Shown here: positions 59,660-64,000 of the stretch, piece after piece | How positions within the stretch are numbered: the stretch's first letter is position 1 | Layout of the letters: every line of letters starts with the position of its first letter | Assembly (NCBI RefSeq): GCF_009914755.1 | Contig: NC_060941.1 | Reading direction: 5' to 3' (one strand) | Length of the DNA: 64,000 bases | From: the human T2T-CHM13v2.0 reference genome, Homo sapiens | The notes under the pieces: model-generated | Seen by the model: the letters and a program-made list of their open reading frames with translations, nothing else | The model's database searches: none | What the model was told of the DNA's origin: nothing | Program-made: the position numbers and the translations under genes

Positions 59660-61339
59660 AAATCAGTCAAGTCTTCCAAGTGTTGTCCATTTCTAGAATT
59701 TACCCATTCTCTCTCCTTTAAGCCCTACCAATGCTACTCTAAACTATATCTTCTTTTTTTATCTGGTGTTTAAGAGATTTCTCACTGATTGCTTAATAGT
59801 CTTGCTCTTCCAAGACATCATCACACTGTTTCTAGGGTTCATACTATATTATGCACCTCTTCAAAGAAATGAGTGATAGCTTTTCACCCTTTGTAGTGTG
59901 AACTAAAATCTGCTTAGTTAGCAAAACTCAGGGCTTTTTCCACTGTACTACATAATTATTCACTCTATCTAATCTCCTTTCACCCATTATTCCAATCACA
60001 TTGATTGAGTCTGCAAATCTAACACTACATAATCAACCTTTCTAATTGAATATATGCCCCATATCTAATATTAAGAGTTTAGAAAAATATTAAATATAAT
60101 CCCATATCTCAAAATCTGCTATTTCCCTTTTTAGCATGATGCTGTCCTCCTCTCCTTTTGAATGTGTGTGCACAATTCACCTGCTATTTAATATTCTGAT
60201 TTTGCAATTATCACAAATATTTCATATTTCCAAATAGGCAGATAATATTATCTTGTTAACTTAGTACAATTCAACAAAGAGTCAGGTAAACCAGTCAATG
60301 TGGTGAAAAGCATGCTTGTTCTTTTCTGCTTAGATGTGGCCCATAGCAATGATCATCATCATCTTCATCATCATCATAATTATCACCAGCATTCAGAGAG
60401 TCTAGAATTTTTAAAAATATTTTTCTTGTTGGTCCTGTGCTTTCTTTCCGCTGATCTGATACTTTTAAATATTATAATATCTCATGTATATAAATAAAAT
60501 GATTTTAGGTCTTGTTAAAATTATTTTTTCAAGATAAATTCCTCCCAGAAGCAAGGTTATGTTATCAAAGAACATGAGTAGCTTTGTTACTCATAGATTT
60601 TCACACTTCACTTACATTCACTGTCCTGCTCCCTTAGCTTATAATTTCACCCCCACCAACCACCCAAACACAGTCATACACCCTCTCTCTTTCACTCTCC
60701 AATTAAAATCTTCTTCACAGACTTGCTCTTATACCTCTTTCTACACAAGGCTTACTATAGTTCCTAATCAGAATCAATTATGCTTTAGCTCGAGCAAACT
60801 ACTAAGTCTCTCGGGGTCTCCATTAGATTATAATATAAGAATAAAAAGAATACCTACATTATAGAGTTGTTAAGTTATAGATCTCTTGAGAGGGTGCCTG
60901 GAAAACAGTGACCATGCATTAGATATTAGCTATTTTTATAATTATGCTAATCCTCCCAAGTACAGTGAGCTCCTTAAATGCAATCAGCATAGGCTCATAC
61001 TTGTGTCCATCTCACCCCATCTTACACAATGTCTTCCACTGAGTAAGTGGCATGGAAACGGCCATGCTCACCAATGTTCAGCTTCACTGCTTCTTACTCA
61101 GCATATTCCTAGGCAGTGATGTGCTCAGTCAGCACCATGCTCGCTTGTGAGAGCAGACTGTGTACATCCCTTCCCAATTCCATCCACATTTAGCAATACC
61201 CCATTTTTATCTGGTCTTTTTTCAAGAGATTTCTCACTGGTGTCCTAATTTAATAGTCTTACTTTTCCAAGACATCATCACAAGCTTGAACCTGGCCATG
61301 GCGGGAGTTATTTACGCTGTGGAAAATGGCAAATCCCAT

Positions 61340-61770
61340 GGATCAGAGATTTTTTTTTTCCCCTCTGGAAACCCAACTGTCAAACTTTTACCAGCATACC
61401 TATGCTTCTAGGATACATTCCACCCCTTCTCTTACATCTGATTGTTTCTGTATGAACACTGCTCAGCAACAGAATGTAAGTAGAAGTAGCATGTGTCACT
61501 TTCAGGAAACAACAACTTGGAACAAGTATGCCTTTGCCATATTCGATCTCTCCTTTTTTTTTTCAGTCACTACAGAGGATTCAGTTGCAATCTTAAAAAA
61601 AAAAATGGAGCTACTAGATAAAGGTTCCTGGATCCCTGAATTACTCTGTGGAACAGAGAACCTCTTCAGACCTTCATGGGATTGTTACGTAATTCAGAAA
61701 TAAGGCTTTATTGTGTTAAGCTACTGAGATATTGGGGTAGCTATTATACCAATTAATCTACCACAATACT
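61340..61770 (+). mobile_element. Old MLT1-type LTR
   Basis: gcaacagaatgtaagtagaag...tattgtgttaagctactgagatattggg. Confidence 0.55.
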
Positions 61771-64000
61771 GTAAGGAGCCCATAACATTGAGACAAGAAA
61801 GTAGTCATTAGGTCAAATAAGCACAAGTTGGCCCTCAATGACCAGTATAAGACTGTTTAGCTAAATAGCTTAATTTTCCCTAATTGGCTAGCATAGAAAA
61901 AAACATAGCCCAGTAAACCTAAATATATTCCTCCTGTGGCATTGTGCAACCAACTACCTCTGGTATCAGCTAGCAGGCTTGAATCAATGGGCAACTGTAA
62001 ATGAAACTGCATGTAACTAATTCTATAATTTCAAGTTATTCAGTGTAATTCCACTAAAATTGCATTATAAATTTTGGGCATTATGAAGGATTTAAAATTA
62101 AAGAAAACAGGTTTGAATAAAACCTCATTATTAAATTACATTTGAGTGGCAGCCACCATTATTGCAAAGCGTAGACTCTAAACATATTATTAGCATCAAA
62201 AAATGTTTGTTTTGTATCTTTGTATTAATGGGAAAATGCAGTAAACATAAGTAGAAGATTTTCTATTTGGGGGAAATTCTCAAAAACAAAAAAGGATAAA
62301 TTAGTAGTACCTTAATGGAGGTAAGCTTTCTCTCTTGGCATCTATCAAGCACTTCTTGCCCCACTGTCAGTATGATCAGCTCTACCCAGCAGAGACTCCA
62401 AAAGAATAGAGAGTCTCAAGAAAAATAAAACTGCCTTCTTCTGGTCTGGAACATTGGGTGCTTTCACATTGATCTTTTGTTAGTGGCTTTTTAAAATTTC
62501 TTTCTTTTTTTAAATATAAAAAGGTAAGAATGCTGATTAACTATGTGGGTGACAGATATTTGAAAAGACTTCATTCCAATAACTCATCAGCTTTAGTGTT
62601 TTAAGGCATTGCAGAAAAAAAAATGGATAAAAGAGGGGTAAATACCAGTGGTTATACCCGCATGTCCTCCTGGTGATGAGAGCAGTTGCAGTGAAAGCCA
62701 GCCAAGCCCACAGGGAAAATACCAGGTTGATTTGAACATGGCACAAAGTTGAGTTCCAGAAATCAATTCCTAACTCCCTAGTAATTCAAAAATTGGAGGC
62801 TGCCTGTGTGTAGAGAATGATGTGGTATCCCTCCCTCCCAAAGATATGACATTCCCTTTTCTAAAACCCATGAGGTAGGTGCTCTCTTGGGAAACTTTTG
62901 GAAACATAATGTTATGCTATGGGTAGAAAGGAGACATGGACTACTATTCCTGAGCATGTGGAAGAACTATATTCTATATAGTGCATGAAATAGCAGTTTG
63001 GGCAGCGCCATCTAAGGCTAAATTGATCCATATGATTGGAATTTTGCCCAGACCCTTTAACCAAAGGGGGGGAAAAAGGCATCATTTTGAAATTAGCATT
63101 ATCAATACGGTAATACATTTTGAATGCTAGTTTGGCCTGACATAGGAAGTGATGTAATAAGGGAGAGCTTACTGCCCCTGCCCCTTGAACAGGAAATATT
63201 TTCCTTGAGGAATAGAATACTTGAAAACTGCAGATTGCATTTTAATATTAACCAGATTTCTACATTAAACATGATTTCCGAGAACAATTTGATTTTTCTT
63301 TTTTTTCCTCTCTCTTTACCCCCACTGCACCCCTCAAGCAAGTGATCAGAACTGCACTCAACCACAGCCAGCTCCTGGAATGGACCCAGGGCTGCCTGCA
63401 ATTTAAATGTCAAACTTGGTGCCATTGAGTGGTGGAGAATCACTCAGCAACATGTGTCACTCATTGCTGCCCTGCCAATCGTTATTGTTTCTTGCTGCTT
63501 TCAGATTGCTACAAATTCTCTCCCGGTTTCCTTGATTATCTCCAAGTGTGAAAATTTAAATCTTGTTTCTTCTTCACTCTGTTTAAGATGTGTAAGCGTA
63601 ATCACCTTCTAGAACAACCAAGGAACAACAAGAAAATTACCAAACCTGTCTTATATTTTGAAAGGCACAGAATGGAATTTTTTTAAGCTCCTAGAACTAG
63701 TTTCTGTAACTAACTGCAGAGTTGAAAACCCTTTTAACTGGCTAAACATACCTATCCCCAGTGGACATATACACAAGAATACTAAGCTACCAAAAATGGC
63801 CTCTCTCAGGGCAGACTTGACAGCAGTGACAACCCCTGATTGGTTAATGGAAGCACTTCAGGATTTATCAGTTGTGATTGCTTTAGTCTTTGGCAGCCGG
63901 TAAAATCATAAAATAAAGACGATTTAACCACAGTTGTTCAGGGACAGGGGAGGTGGTTGAAGCAGGGCTACAAGTAATGTGCTGTCATTCTTGATTGGTA

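Overview
This is primate (almost certainly human) non-coding genomic DNA. It is AT-rich, dense in repeats and has no recognisable spliced protein-coding exons or RNA genes. The only protein-like ORF is an intronless MYL6 processed retrocopy (15777-16495) with target-site duplications and an unbroken reading frame. The rest is a TE mosaic: about 13 Alus, a full-length THE1 provirus carrying a nested L1PA2 fragment, a ~5.3 kb L1PA, old L1M/L2/MIR, MST/MLT1/LTR16 solo LTRs and MER58/MER5A. A ~3.1 kb TA/TATC array has expanded from an Alu tail. The least expected signal is a set of local templated copy events: a 143-bp inverted copy inside L1 ORF1 whose symmetry axis falls in an AT-rich tract, a ~165-bp copy inserted at the end of the TA array, a multiply template-switched Alu, and a ~75-bp dispersed duplicate. 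Several non-repeat segments are dense in transcription-factor motifs and are candidate enhancers. I see no evidence for a novel multi-gene system. Subfamily names come from recalled consensus sequences and TE boundaries are approximate.
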